A DNA stretch of 64,000 bases, from contig CBDCFN010000015.1 in the NCBI GenBank assembly GCA_965216315.1, positions 192,001 to 256,000 on the forward strand, given 5' to 3'. The stretch is from a bacterium. Lineage in GTDB: Bacteria; UBA10199; 2-02-FULL-50-16; JAJFLM01. The translations under genes were made by a program, and so were the position numbers. Below the pieces are notes generated by a model. The model did not search any database, was not told the origin of the DNA, and saw nothing but the letters and a program-made list of their open reading frames with translations. Below are positions 28,585 to 38,525 of this stretch, piece after piece; within the stretch, counting starts at the first letter, position 1; every line of letters starts with the position of its first letter.

Positions 28585-29730
28585 CTACACCTTAACAGAC
28601 GCATCGAAAAGCCGGGCATGCTCTTCCAAAGCAAAGCGGTCAGTCATGCCCGCGATATAATCGCAGACAACGCGCTCGACACGGATATCATCGACTTTGT
28701 GACTGACATCGGCGGGTAGGATGTTGGGGTTTTTGCAATAGGCGCGAAAGAGATCTTCTAGGATGAGCTTCGCCTTCTCAGCCATACGTTCCACGCGAAA
28801 ATGTTTATAGAGTTTGCTATATAGAAACGCCTTGAGCTCTTTATTGGCGTGTTTCATTGTCGCCGAAAAGCCAACGCATTTGGCAGCGGCCTGCCGAACA
28901 TCCTCTAAACTACTAATGTCATGCGTCTCAATCGTTGCTTCCGTCGTTTGAACGAGGTCGGTTACCAGGGCATTGAGAATCGCCTTGACTGTTTGTCGTT
29001 GATGAACGAGTTCATGCTCGGAACAAGTCGCGCGCGTTTGTTCATAATGCTCCTTCCACAGGCTCACCTCTTGTAATTGCTCAACTGTAATCAGGCCCGA
29101 ACGCAACCCGTCATCTAAGTCATGGCTATTGTAAGCAATCTCATCGGCGATATCGACGAGTTGGGCTTCCAGTGTCGGTTGACCAATTTTTTGAAAGGCC
29201 GCTTGGGATTCATCATAAGACGTCGCGTGTTTGGCAATACCTTCGCGAACCTCATAACTGAGATTCAGCCCCGGAAAATCGGGATACCGTTTTTCAAGCA
29301 AGGTAACAATTCGTAGTGACTGCTTGTTATGCTCAAAACCCCCGAACTCTTTCATCAAATGATTCATGACATCCTGACCGGAGTGCCCAAAGGGAGTATG
29401 CCCTAAATCATGTGCCAGAATAATCGCTTCAGCGAGTTCTTCGTTGAGACGCAGCGCTCGCGCGATCGTCCGCGCAATCTGTGAACCTTCTAAGGTATGC
29501 GTCAGGCGCGTCCGGTAGTGATCACCTTCATGGAAGACAAAGACCTGCGTCTTATATTCAAGCCTTCTGAAGGCATTGGAATGGATAATACGATCACGAT
29601 CGCGTTGAAAAGCCGTTCGATAAGTGTGCTCTGGTTCTTCATATTCACGACCCTGCGAGGCCTTGCTCTGACAGGCATAAGGAGCCAGCATCTTGGTCTC
29701 TAAATTTTCATATTCCTGGCGGGTTAACAC
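28585..29730 (-). CDS. dgt: Deoxyguanosinetriphosphate triphosphohydrolase
   Basis: RTAFQRDRDRIIHS.AFRRLEYKTQVF, RTRLTHTLE, HDLGHTPFGHSG, DYIAGMTDRFA. Confidence 0.95.
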   Translation of the reverse strand: MLTRQEYENLETKMLAPYACQSKASQGREYEEPEHTYRTAFQRDRDRIIHSNAFRRLEYKTQVFVFHEGDHYRTRLTHTLEGSQIARTIARALRLNEELAEAIILAHDLGHTPFGHSGQDVMNHLMKEFGGFEHNKQSLRIVTLLEKRYPDFPGLNLSYEVREGIAKHATSYDESQAAFQKIGQPTLEAQLVDIADEIAYNSHDLDDGLRSGLITVEQLQEVSLWKEHYEQTRATCSEHELVHQRQTVKAILNALVTDLVQTTEATIETHDISSLEDVRQAAAKCVGFSATMKHANKELKAFLYSKLYKHFRVERMAEKAKLILEDLFRAYCKNPNILPADVSHKVDDIRVERVVCDYIAGMTDRFALEEHARLFDASVKV

Positions 29731-29794
29731 AGCCCTGGTGGTAGCGAAATGTATTCATTTCCGCAAGATGCATATTAGTATATTATCTCCCTCC

Positions 29795-31114
29795 ATGGGT
29801 TTTCGTCGCATCCTGGTTATTGCCCTCTGTATCGGGTTGCCATTGACCGGCCTGGCAGCCGGCCTGCAAGGGCAGGCAGAGATTGCCTTTGCGGAGGGAT
29901 TGATCGCCTACCAAGAGCAAGACTATGTCGGCGCCCAACTCTATTTTGATCGTGCCGCCCAACTCAATCCACAACATGAAAGTGCTGCTTTTTTTAGAGG
30001 CCTGAGTTCCTACCAACGAGGCCAATATGCTAAAGCCATCCCTGACTTCAAAGCAGCGGCGGCGGCCAATCCTCAGGCTGTCGAACCGCATTACTATCAG
30101 GGCCTTGCCTATTATCATCTTAATCGTAAAGACGAGGCCCTGCGCGCCTTTAAGCAAACGTACAAGCAGGCACCACCAGGCGATATCAGCAGGAATGCCA
30201 GCAATTACATTGCAGAAATTACCGGTACGGTTCCGACATACCGTGGCCGCCATGGCAAACCTTGGTTTTTCTTTGCCAACGTAGGCACTTTGTATGACTC
30301 CAATGTCTCCTTAGACCCTGAAGACCTTACTCTCGCGACATTGCCCAGCGATCAGGATGACATCCAAATCTCAGCCTATGTTGGTGCTGGTTACCATCTC
30401 GTGAGTGGCCCCGTGTACCGTTTCACAAGCGCGGCCTCTTATTATCAGGCATTTTATCCTGATCTTAACTCATTCGATTTTGGTCTCGCTCGGGCTGAGT
30501 TACGTCACCAATGGACTGTTGGAAAATTTTTATTCAAATTACCCTTTGCCTATGAATTTTCTTTGCTCGGACATGATAAATATATGCAACGACCTGAAGT
30601 GGCCCCGTCAATAGCTTATTGGGCCGGCAAGCAATACCTAATCCGTATGCGTACACGACTCCGCTACAATGATTTCTTTCAAAATCCTTCAAGTGCTGCC
30701 CAAGATCGCGATGCATGGAATATGGGAATCGAGCTGGCGCAGTTTTTTTATTTTGATAAACAGCGGCGCTATTTTAAATTGTCTTATAATTTTGAACGTA
30801 ACTGGGCCCAAGGAAATGACTGGGACTATCTGGCTCACACGATCGGAGCCGCCTTCTTCAATCCAATAGTTTGGAAAATCGATTCTTATCTGTTTGCCAC
30901 GTACACCGTTAATCGTGACTACGATAATGTCGATTCTATCTTTGGGAGTCGCCGGCAGGATAATTATCAAAACTATGGAATTCGTTTTTCCCGACCTATT
31001 GTTAAAGGCCTAAGTCTAAGTCTTCATTATGGTTTTCAACGTAATCGTTCCAATTTGGCTATTTTCCAGTACAATAAACATACAGCAGGGGTAACATTTG
31101 CGTTTCGCATCTAA
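29795..31114 (+). CDS. TPR plus outer-membrane beta-barrel protein (Slam/DUF560-like architecture)
   Basis: Signal peptide, N-terminal TPRs, YDSNV barrel start, aromatic-rich alternating strands. Confidence 0.8.
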   Translation: MGFRRILVIALCIGLPLTGLAAGLQGQAEIAFAEGLIAYQEQDYVGAQLYFDRAAQLNPQHESAAFFRGLSSYQRGQYAKAIPDFKAAAAANPQAVEPHYYQGLAYYHLNRKDEALRAFKQTYKQAPPGDISRNASNYIAEITGTVPTYRGRHGKPWFFFANVGTLYDSNVSLDPEDLTLATLPSDQDDIQISAYVGAGYHLVSGPVYRFTSAASYYQAFYPDLNSFDFGLARAELRHQWTVGKFLFKLPFAYEFSLLGHDKYMQRPEVAPSIAYWAGKQYLIRMRTRLRYNDFFQNPSSAAQDRDAWNMGIELAQFFYFDKQRRYFKLSYNFERNWAQGNDWDYLAHTIGAAFFNPIVWKIDSYLFATYTVNRDYDNVDSIFGSRRQDNYQNYGIRFSRPIVKGLSLSLHYGFQRNRSNLAIFQYNKHTAGVTFAFRI

Positions 31115-31115
31115 G

Positions 31116-32078
31116 ATGAAGAGGGGTGCCCTTTTTATCACGCTAAGCCTGTCGCTACTCACGTTCCCCGCCTTAGCGAAAGCTGCACCCCCATCCATAG
31201 GCCGCGTTGTCCATGTTCAGGGGGAAGTGCATGTCACGCGTGCCGAAACAAGCCACACCCTCTCTTTTAATGATGCTATCTACCCGATGGATATCCTCGA
31301 AACGGGTGATGGCGAGCTAAAAGTCCTCTTCAAAGACCAAACCCTATTACGACTCATTGCCCATTCTAAAGTCTTAGTCTCCAAATACGTTTATAATCCC
31401 CAACACGGAATACGCGAGGGCATTTTTGATATCATCAAAGGCAGTGTCCGAACGATTGTTGAAAAGATGGCAAATATGAAAAACGACGACATTGTCTTGC
31501 GCACACCGACGGCGGTCGCAGGTATTCGCGGTACCGACGTCGGAACCCGCGTTGCCGGCAAGAAAACTCAATATCTGTGCTTTGATGGCCTTATTGAAAC
31601 ATTCTTTCGCAAAATGCCTAATCTCAAAGTTTTAGTTGGTGCGGGACTATTTACGACAATCGACGGATCCCCACCAACTACGCCTCGGCCCATTCCCACA
31701 CGACTTCGTAAAATGTTTTCCGGCAACCCGCAGCTCACAGACATCCTCTCACAACAGGGGTTTGCGCCACTGCCTGCTGGAACAATTAATCTACCGGATG
31801 TGAGTGGTGAAAACCCATTTGCAAGCACCTCCCCCGCCGCCGAAGCGCTTCTGCCCGGTGGCGCTAACGATATACGTGAAGTGATCCCCGCGGCAGGAAG
31901 CGGTGGCGATAACGACATTCCGGGCGATCCCCCCATCGACACAGGTCCCGCAGGAGATCCAAACGGGAATGGAACCGGTGGGGGCACAACTCCTCCGACC
32001 GACCCGCCCGACAATGGAGGGAATAGCGACCAACATTCACCCGTTAAAGTCCCAACGAATTTTCCGGAGGGTGGGTGA
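31116..32078 (+). CDS. FecR-domain periplasmic protein with Pro/Gly-rich tail
   Basis: IGRVVHVQGEV..DILETGDG..LRTPTAVAGIRGT. Confidence 0.88.
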   Translation: MKRGALFITLSLSLLTFPALAKAAPPSIGRVVHVQGEVHVTRAETSHTLSFNDAIYPMDILETGDGELKVLFKDQTLLRLIAHSKVLVSKYVYNPQHGIREGIFDIIKGSVRTIVEKMANMKNDDIVLRTPTAVAGIRGTDVGTRVAGKKTQYLCFDGLIETFFRKMPNLKVLVGAGLFTTIDGSPPTTPRPIPTRLRKMFSGNPQLTDILSQQGFAPLPAGTINLPDVSGENPFASTSPAAEALLPGGANDIREVIPAAGSGGDNDIPGDPPIDTGPAGDPNGNGTGGGTTPPTDPPDNGGNSDQHSPVKVPTNFPEGG

Positions 32079-33067
32079 TGCGACGCTCATTTACCCTCAT
32101 CAGCTATGCTTGTCTCGTCTTGCTCGCCGCTTGTCAGGGGAATGAAAAAGCTATGGTCACGGTTGAAGTTCCCGCCGGCTTTGCCGCTGAAAATCTCGTC
32201 GAACGCATTGTCTTGCAGGTTACGGCTCCGGACATGACTCCCATCACGGACACGCTGTTACCCCCTTTTACAAGTAACCGAACCTTCAATCTGCAAGTCC
32301 CTGTCGGAACGGAACGCTTTTTTACAGTGACAGCCATCCTCTCCACAACGCCCACCGCCGGCTTTATTGGATCCGCGATCAGTGATATTGATAAAGGGCT
32401 TCATACGATCCCGGTCACAATGAACTTCGTGAATTTTGCTGAGGACCTCCCGGATGACGGTCTCAACGGCAACCCTATTGATCACCCGGAACTAATGGAT
32501 GTTGCTTTCGAGCGCGACAACATCGATGCGCTATGCTCACAAGAAGATGCTGTCTTCATCGACATGCGGCTCGATAGCAACTTCAATAATTTCCCAATTG
32601 GTCCACGCTTTATTATCGAATTTGATCACGATGCCGACGCTACAACAGGCAGCCAGAGCTCATTTATTGAACAAACTATTGCTAAAGCAGGTGTGAATCT
32701 CCCCACCGCTTTTAGCCAAGGGACCGAACGTTTTATTCTTATCGATGCCGACAACCGTTCTCCTAATGGCATCGCACGACTTGAACTTCATGAAATATTT
32801 GAAGACAACTCGATAACTCTCCTATTGATTGGACCCCAACGGCCGCTCTTTGAAGCAGGTTATGATTCAACTCTCCAAATTCTTACGCTCTGTATCGCGG
32901 AATCCTTATTCAATGAGCTCAAAGCGGGCATCGATGATGATGGCCTTGGCCTTTTTAACGTGTTAACAGGGCATTTGAATGGTACCGGTCAGTTCTTGCC
33001 AAATGATATGGCCTATACCAATGGAGCGATTATTTACGATTTCTCTTTTAGTACGAGCGGACTCTAA
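32075..33067 (+). CDS. Hypothetical lipoprotein
   Basis: Lipobox LAAC; translationally coupled to both neighbours. Confidence 0.8.
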   Translation: MMRRSFTLISYACLVLLAACQGNEKAMVTVEVPAGFAAENLVERIVLQVTAPDMTPITDTLLPPFTSNRTFNLQVPVGTERFFTVTAILSTTPTAGFIGSAISDIDKGLHTIPVTMNFVNFAEDLPDDGLNGNPIDHPELMDVAFERDNIDALCSQEDAVFIDMRLDSNFNNFPIGPRFIIEFDHDADATTGSQSSFIEQTIAKAGVNLPTAFSQGTERFILIDADNRSPNGIARLELHEIFEDNSITLLLIGPQRPLFEAGYDSTLQILTLCIAESLFNELKAGIDDDGLGLFNVLTGHLNGTGQFLPNDMAYTNGAIIYDFSFSTSGL

Positions 33068-33921
33068 TGGAACTCTATTTTTGGGGCGTAAGAGGCTCCA
33101 TCCCAGCACCCGGCGCCAAGACCCATCGATATGGCGGTAATACCTCCTGCCTTGAAATTAAAAGCGGTCGCCAGCGGCTCATCTTTGATGCGGGCACTGG
33201 GCTGCGGGAACTGGGACATAAAATTCACGTGCGCCCAGGGACTGAACTTCATATTTTTTTGAGTCACTGTCACTTAGACCACATGAGTGGCCTGCCTTTT
33301 TTCCATCCCCTGCACAAACGGGGCGTTACGGTCCATCTATATGGGCCGCACGGCAAACAACGTCCCTTACGTCAAATCATCCAGTCCTTGTTCTCCGAGG
33401 AATTCTATCCGATTCCGTTTAACAAACTCGCCGCCACACTACGCTTCCATTCTTTGCAGAAGTCACAGCGTAAAATAGGGCCCTTTACGATTACAAGCCA
33501 CCCTTTAAACCATCCAGGCTCCACCTTGGGCTACGTCATCGCAACCAGCAACAAACGCGTCGGCTATGTCACCGATCACGAACCTATTGAAGGTTTTAGA
33601 CACGTCAAAGGAATATCTTCACGCCAATATGAAACAAATCTTCACCAATGGCTCACGGGCCTCGATGTCCTCATTCATGACGCCCAGTATTTAGACCGCC
33701 AATACGGACAATACCGCGGTTGGGGTCATTCACCGTGGCACTATGTCATCTCGCTTGCAGAACAGATCGTCGCCAAACAACTGATTCTTTTTCATCATTC
33801 TCCGGATAATAGCGATGCGCTCCTCGAAAAGGAGCTCATCCGTGTGCAGAAGCGTCTAGCGAAACAAAAACACCGGTTGCGTATTTCGCTGGCCAAAGAA
33901 CGAAAGCGATACAAGCTGTGA
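33067..33921 (+). CDS. MBL-fold metallo-hydrolase (RNase Z/phosphodiesterase-like)
   Basis: WGVRGSIP, YGGNTSC, DAGTG, SHCHLDH, HDAQY, GWGHS, LFHH. Confidence 0.9.
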   Translation: MELYFWGVRGSIPAPGAKTHRYGGNTSCLEIKSGRQRLIFDAGTGLRELGHKIHVRPGTELHIFLSHCHLDHMSGLPFFHPLHKRGVTVHLYGPHGKQRPLRQIIQSLFSEEFYPIPFNKLAATLRFHSLQKSQRKIGPFTITSHPLNHPGSTLGYVIATSNKRVGYVTDHEPIEGFRHVKGISSRQYETNLHQWLTGLDVLIHDAQYLDRQYGQYRGWGHSPWHYVISLAEQIVAKQLILFHHSPDNSDALLEKELIRVQKRLAKQKHRLRISLAKERKRYKL

Positions 33922-35810
33922 AACGCCGTTGGATCCATTTCGTCCTCGTCATCGTCCTCCTTTTCGCGCTCTTCCCGATACTCTTTGATTTACCACTGAT
34001 CCATTGGCTTGAGCTCAAGTCGATTGACCAGCGTTTTCATAACCGCGGGCCCATTCCAGCTACCGGTGACGTTGTTGTCGTCGCCATTGATGAAAAAAGC
34101 CTCCACAAAATCGGCCGCTGGCCGTGGTCTCGTGACAAGGTCTCCCAGCTCATTGAAGGTGTTCGCAAGGCCGGGGCGCGCTGGATTGAAATGGATATCG
34201 TTTTTTCAGAGCCATCTCCTCAAGACACGCAACTCGCTCAATCGTTACAAGCAAGTGACAACGTTATTTTAGGTTATTTCTTTTACCAAGATCCGGACGA
34301 GCTTGAATTAGCTGAATTGACTCCTGCGATGATCGAATCAAGCTATCAGTCTATTTTACCAACGGCCCTTCCGGATATCTCCGCTTTAGATCAGGCATTG
34401 ATACCCATGGTGGGCGTCCTCTCCAATACCACAATGCTGGCCCAGGCAACTCGAAGTCGCGGCTTTTTTAACGCCGTACCCGACGAGGACGGCGTCATTC
34501 GTCATTTTCCTCTCATGGTCAGCTATCGCAATCATATTTTCCCCTCACTAGCTCTCGAAACATTCTCCCACCATGAGAGTTTCGATGCGGTGCCGGTAAG
34601 CGATAGAAATGGTGCGTTAGAAGGTTTAAGTATCGGCAAGCGTTTTATTCCCACTGACAGTAAAGGACAGATCTGGATCAACTATCGGGGGGGACGTGAG
34701 CAATTTCAGATCTACTCGGCAGCTGATATTTTAGACGGAAGCGTGGATCCAAAGACACTGCGAGATAGAACGGTCCTCATCGGCGCAACCGCTGTGGGAG
34801 TTTATGATCTGCGCGTCACTCCCATCTCACCTAATTTTCCCGGGGTCCTTATCCAGGCTAATCTGATCGACAATCTATATAAGGGTGATATTTTAATCTC
34901 CAACCCATGGACCAAATTTGCTTCCTTAGTACTGACCTTGATCGTCATTTTTGGGCTCGTTATCATCTTGCCACGCATTCGCATTCTATACGGTTTGGTT
35001 CTCATGGTTGCGCTGGTAGGACTCCACTATATTTTGGTTCAATGGTCATTCGGACAGGGCTATATCCTCGCCCAAATCGTGCCAGCGACCAGTTGGACGC
35101 TTCTCTTTGTCAGTTTGACTCTCTACCGGGGGCTGACCGAAGAAAAGGAAAAGCGACTGATCCGCAAGGCCTTTCAATCCTACCTGCACCCTGACATCGT
35201 CGCTGAGCTAACGAATGACCTGGAGAAATTAAAGCTCGGCGGACAACGTATGGACTGCACCATTCTCTTTGCAGATGTAAGAAACTTTACCGTCATTTCA
35301 GAACGGATGTCTCCAGAGAAGTTAGTCGAACTCATGAATGCTTATTTTGATCCCATTGCAAAAGCAATCATTCAGGCAGGCGGCTACATTGATAAATTTA
35401 TTGGCGATGCCATCATGGTCGTGTTTGGGGCTCCCAAACCCAGTAACAAGCACGCGGTCATGGCCTGCCGAACAGCCCTCGCCATGCAACGGATCGTCAC
35501 AAACTTGGCGCCTTCATTAGAAGAAAAATTCTCAATAGAACATTTTGCCATCGGCATCGGCCTGCATAGCGGACCCGTTATTGTCGGTAATATCGGGACG
35601 AAAGAACGTCTCAACTACACGGTCATGGGCGACACAGTGAATCTGGCCTCAAGGCTGGAAGAAGCTACCAAGGCCCTAGAAGTCAGCATCTGTTTGAGTG
35701 AAACAACTCAGCAACTCATCGCCAACCAGTTGGAAACGCATTATCTCAATGAAATCACCGTCAAAGGGAAACAGGCCCCAATTCGGGTCTATGAACTTAT
35801 CGATGAATAA
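33918..35810 (+). CDS. CHASE2-domain adenylate cyclase
   Basis: IDEKSL..GRWPWSR, DEDGVIR, 3 TMs, LFADVRNFT, DKFIGDAIM, YTVMGDTVNLASRLE. Confidence 0.95.
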   Translation: MKRRWIHFVLVIVLLFALFPILFDLPLIHWLELKSIDQRFHNRGPIPATGDVVVVAIDEKSLHKIGRWPWSRDKVSQLIEGVRKAGARWIEMDIVFSEPSPQDTQLAQSLQASDNVILGYFFYQDPDELELAELTPAMIESSYQSILPTALPDISALDQALIPMVGVLSNTTMLAQATRSRGFFNAVPDEDGVIRHFPLMVSYRNHIFPSLALETFSHHESFDAVPVSDRNGALEGLSIGKRFIPTDSKGQIWINYRGGREQFQIYSAADILDGSVDPKTLRDRTVLIGATAVGVYDLRVTPISPNFPGVLIQANLIDNLYKGDILISNPWTKFASLVLTLIVIFGLVIILPRIRILYGLVLMVALVGLHYILVQWSFGQGYILAQIVPATSWTLLFVSLTLYRGLTEEKEKRLIRKAFQSYLHPDIVAELTNDLEKLKLGGQRMDCTILFADVRNFTVISERMSPEKLVELMNAYFDPIAKAIIQAGGYIDKFIGDAIMVVFGAPKPSNKHAVMACRTALAMQRIVTNLAPSLEEKFSIEHFAIGIGLHSGPVIVGNIGTKERLNYTVMGDTVNLASRLEEATKALEVSICLSETTQQLIANQLETHYLNEITVKGKQAPIRVYELIDE

Positions 35811-35811
35811 A

Positions 35812-35853
35812 TAAAAAAGGGCAGAGGTTGCGTAGAACCCCTGCCCTTTTTAT
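35812..35853. terminator. Bidirectional terminator
   Basis: TAAAAAAGGGCAGAGGTT..AACCCCTGCCCTTTTTA between convergent genes. Confidence 0.8.
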
Positions 35854-35870
35854 TCAAACCCTGCTGCTAA

Positions 35871-36995
35871 TTACTTACGACGTCTCAAAATCCCGAGCGT
35901 CCCAAGTCCCAAGGCGAGTAGCGTCGCACCCGCAGTTGAACTTCCCGCTGCCGTGATCAAGGAACAACCCCCCGCGGCATTGAGTGCATCTTCAAGGGAA
36001 CCATCGTCGGCGGCACTGCCTTCATCACCACTCCCGGTCCCATCGTCACTGCCTGCGGTGCCGTCGGAACCACCTGTGACGGGATCGGCACTTTCAGAAC
36101 CTTCTCCGCCGTCACCTTCTCCGCCGTCGTCGCCATCGCCGCCGTCGCCGCCGTCGCCGCCGTCACCACCATCACCGCCGTCGCCGCCGTCACCACCGTC
36201 ACCACCGCCGCAATCGCCGGCACAGTTTTCGGCATCTTCTCCACGCTCGCAAACGCCATTGCCACATTCGACAGATGGATCTTCATCGACGCACGAATTC
36301 GAACAACCGTCTCCGTCGACGTTGTTGCCATCATCGCAAGACTCGGGAACATCGACAACGCCATTGCCGCATGTCGTCGTTCCATCACCATGATTGGTGC
36401 AATCATTGCGGCACATGTCACCATTGTTGGTCACGTTGCCGTCATCGCAACCCTCACCATCATCTAAAAGGCCATCACCGCATTCACCCGCTTCGATCAG
36501 ACAATTTTCATCACAGCCATCTCCATTGTCGGTGCCTCCATCTTCACATTCTTCACCGGCTTGGAGAATACCGTCGCCACATGCTGGAGACCCTTCATTC
36601 GTACAATCGGCAGCACAGCCATCGCCATCCTCATTATTGCCATCATCACATTCTTCTAGATCGGGAGCTTCATTATCGCCCCAGAAATTGGCATCCGGGA
36701 TGGTATCTTCCGCGTTTGTATTGCTATGAGAGTCATGAATTACTCCATCACCACATCTCGCTAGAATACAATTTGACTTACAATCATCATTGTCATTCGC
36801 GTTATAGTCTTCGCAATGCTCGCTGTCACCTTCGCCATTCTCAAGCCCATCGTTGCAGACAGTATTAACCGCTGTGTCAGCGTAGGTTGTTACCGTAAAA
36901 CCCAGCGCGAGCACACAGGCGAAAACTCCCATTAAAGTATATTGAACTAGTCGTGTCATATCCCGACCCCCTATATCTGAACCCATCATATTCAT
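35871..36995 (-). CDS. Myxococcus-type Cys-rich repeat (DUF4215-like) surface protein with full GGC-TM-RRRK tail
   Basis: CGDG..EECDDGN..DGDGC repeats; tail GGCSLITAAGSSTAGATLLALGLGTLGILRRRK. Start may be 36959. Confidence 0.88.
   Translation of the reverse strand: MNMMGSDIGGRDMTRLVQYTLMGVFACVLALGFTVTTYADTAVNTVCNDGLENGEGDSEHCEDYNANDNDDCKSNCILARCGDGVIHDSHSNTNAEDTIPDANFWGDNEAPDLEECDDGNNEDGDGCAADCTNEGSPACGDGILQAGEECEDGGTDNGDGCDENCLIEAGECGDGLLDDGEGCDDGNVTNNGDMCRNDCTNHGDGTTTCGNGVVDVPESCDDGNNVDGDGCSNSCVDEDPSVECGNGVCERGEDAENCAGDCGGGDGGDGGDGGDGGDGGDGGDGGDGDDGGEGDGGEGSESADPVTGGSDGTAGSDDGTGSGDEGSAADDGSLEDALNAAGGCSLITAAGSSTAGATLLALGLGTLGILRRRK
36105..36210. repeat. 9-nt tandem repeat encoding a (GGD)n linker
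   Basis: Repeated ccgccgtcg/ccaccgtca units. Confidence 0.85.
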
Positions 36996-37133
36996 TAAGC
37001 GAAACGCGTTCGTTTCCCTACGGTTTCACTTAAGCCCTGAAATTGTGTATGCGAATTTCCCCGAGATTCCCAAACCAATGTCTATCAATGGACAAAATTC
37101 ACTCCAAAGTCAATGAATTTGGTCTGATTGGGG

Positions 37134-37883
37134 TCACAGGACCCGGAGCATTTTGTGTAGCTGGGGGATGACGCGTACGTCCTGCAAGACCTGTTGGGCC
37201 TCGACCTGCCAGGCCGCCAGTTGCTCTAAAGCCGGCGCCTGCCGGAAGGCAGCGAAATCACTCGCTGGTTGCAGAATGAACGGAATCATAGGATTCGCCG
37301 CGGCCACGAGACGCACGGCTTCGCTCCAATCATCAGCCTTGGTCGCAGCTGAAACCACGACCTTGATATAGAGTTCTTTATCCCGGCCGAGCGTGATAAA
37401 GCGGCGATGCGCTTCCCATTGGGCGGCAACGCCCGTCACCGAGGGCAACTTGAGATCCATGGAGATAATGTTGATCCACGGCAGGAGGCGCGCTAACTCC
37501 TCATAATGAATCCCCGCCGTCTCCAGGAGGATTTGATAACGCCCCTGCAGGGTCGGCAGCCATTCAACGAGAAAATCCGTACTCTCCAGGGGCTCGCCCC
37601 CGGTAATCGACAAGACCTTAACATCGGTAAAGTCGCTCAAAATCTCATTGAGCTGACGGATGCTGACCGGGTTGGGATAGTTCTCAAACTGCTTGGTGAA
37701 GGGGACGCGTTCAACCCGACAGTATTCATTCTGAATAAAAGAGGTCGGTGTATCGCAGTACTGACAACCAATCGAGCAGCCTTGAAAGCGCACAAAGAGA
37801 TGGCGTTCCCCGAGCCGGGTTCCTTCACCTTGGAGGCTGGAAAAAATTTCGATGATGGGAGTTGCTACTGTCATAGTTGGCAT
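37134..37883 (-). CDS. queE: 7-carboxy-7-deazaguanine synthase
   Basis: EIFSSLQGEG, FVRFQGCSIGCQYCDT, ITGGEPL, IPQLHK. Confidence 0.93.
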   Translation of the reverse strand: MPTMTVATPIIEIFSSLQGEGTRLGERHLFVRFQGCSIGCQYCDTPTSFIQNEYCRVERVPFTKQFENYPNPVSIRQLNEILSDFTDVKVLSITGGEPLESTDFLVEWLPTLQGRYQILLETAGIHYEELARLLPWINIISMDLKLPSVTGVAAQWEAHRRFITLGRDKELYIKVVVSAATKADDWSEAVRLVAAANPMIPFILQPASDFAAFRQAPALEQLAAWQVEAQQVLQDVRVIPQLHKMLRVL

Positions 37884-37887
37884 CCAA

Positions 37888-37981
37888 TTAAATCCCTCCT
37901 AGCCTCCCTTTACAAAAGGGAGGGACCTCAAGTGGAAACCGATATCTCCCCCTTTGTAAAGGGGGATCGAGGGGGATTTAA
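37888..37981. repeat. Repeat family R1, full TTAA-bounded MITE-like copy
   Basis: TTAAATCCCTCCTAGCCTCCCTTTACAAAAGGGAG...CTCCCCCTTTGTAAAGGGGGATCGAGGGGGATTTAA. Confidence 0.85.
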
Positions 37982-37982
37982 C

Positions 37983-38525
37983 CTACAACACCGGCCGGAC
38001 CTTAGAAATATCCCGACTGATACTCTCAAATTCCTGTTTAAAATCCGCTAAGACATCCTGCGCAAATGAAATAGGATCAATCTTATAATCCGCTAAGCCT
38101 CTGGTCGGTACGGGCGTCCCTTGCGATGAGATGTTGATCCCGGCATGCAACAAAGTCGAGACCTGAGAGGCCGTCGCTATGGAGACGGTGAGCTTATCAT
38201 CCCCCTCATACAGGTCATTACCGGTTCGTCGCAAAGGCGCTTGAATCCTTTGCTGTATCAGGCTGACCAGCAAGCGCTGCAACAAGATAGTCTGCGGCAA
38301 ATCATTGTTAAAAAACTCGCCGATGAAATGGAGCATCCGCTGACTCGCAATCGGCCGTTGATGGCGGACATCTTCAAGATCGACCATGCGCTCGAGACTG
38401 ACATCACAGGCCCCGACAAAGGCAACGAGGGCGTCCCCTAATTGACCGGTTTTCTCATAGATCCAGTGCGAACGTAATTGGGACCCGTCGTAAGTTATCT
38501 CGTTGTCGATTAATTGGACTCTCAT
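37983..38525 (-). CDS. DUF366 family protein
   Basis: YDGSQLRSHW, GACDV...MVDLED, MLHFIGE, GNDLY..KLTVSIAT, HAGINI; ATGA overlap with queC. Confidence 0.8.
   Translation of the reverse strand: MRVQLIDNEITYDGSQLRSHWIYEKTGQLGDALVAFVGACDVSLERMVDLEDVRHQRPIASQRMLHFIGEFFNNDLPQTILLQRLLVSLIQQRIQAPLRRTGNDLYEGDDKLTVSIATASQVSTLLHAGINISSQGTPVPTRGLADYKIDPISFAQDVLADFKQEFESISRDISKVRPVL

Noticed and set aside
35953..36868. Pro/Ser- and His-rich ORFs on the + strand
   Set aside because: Shadow frames of the (GGD)n and Cys-rich repeat gene on the minus strand.
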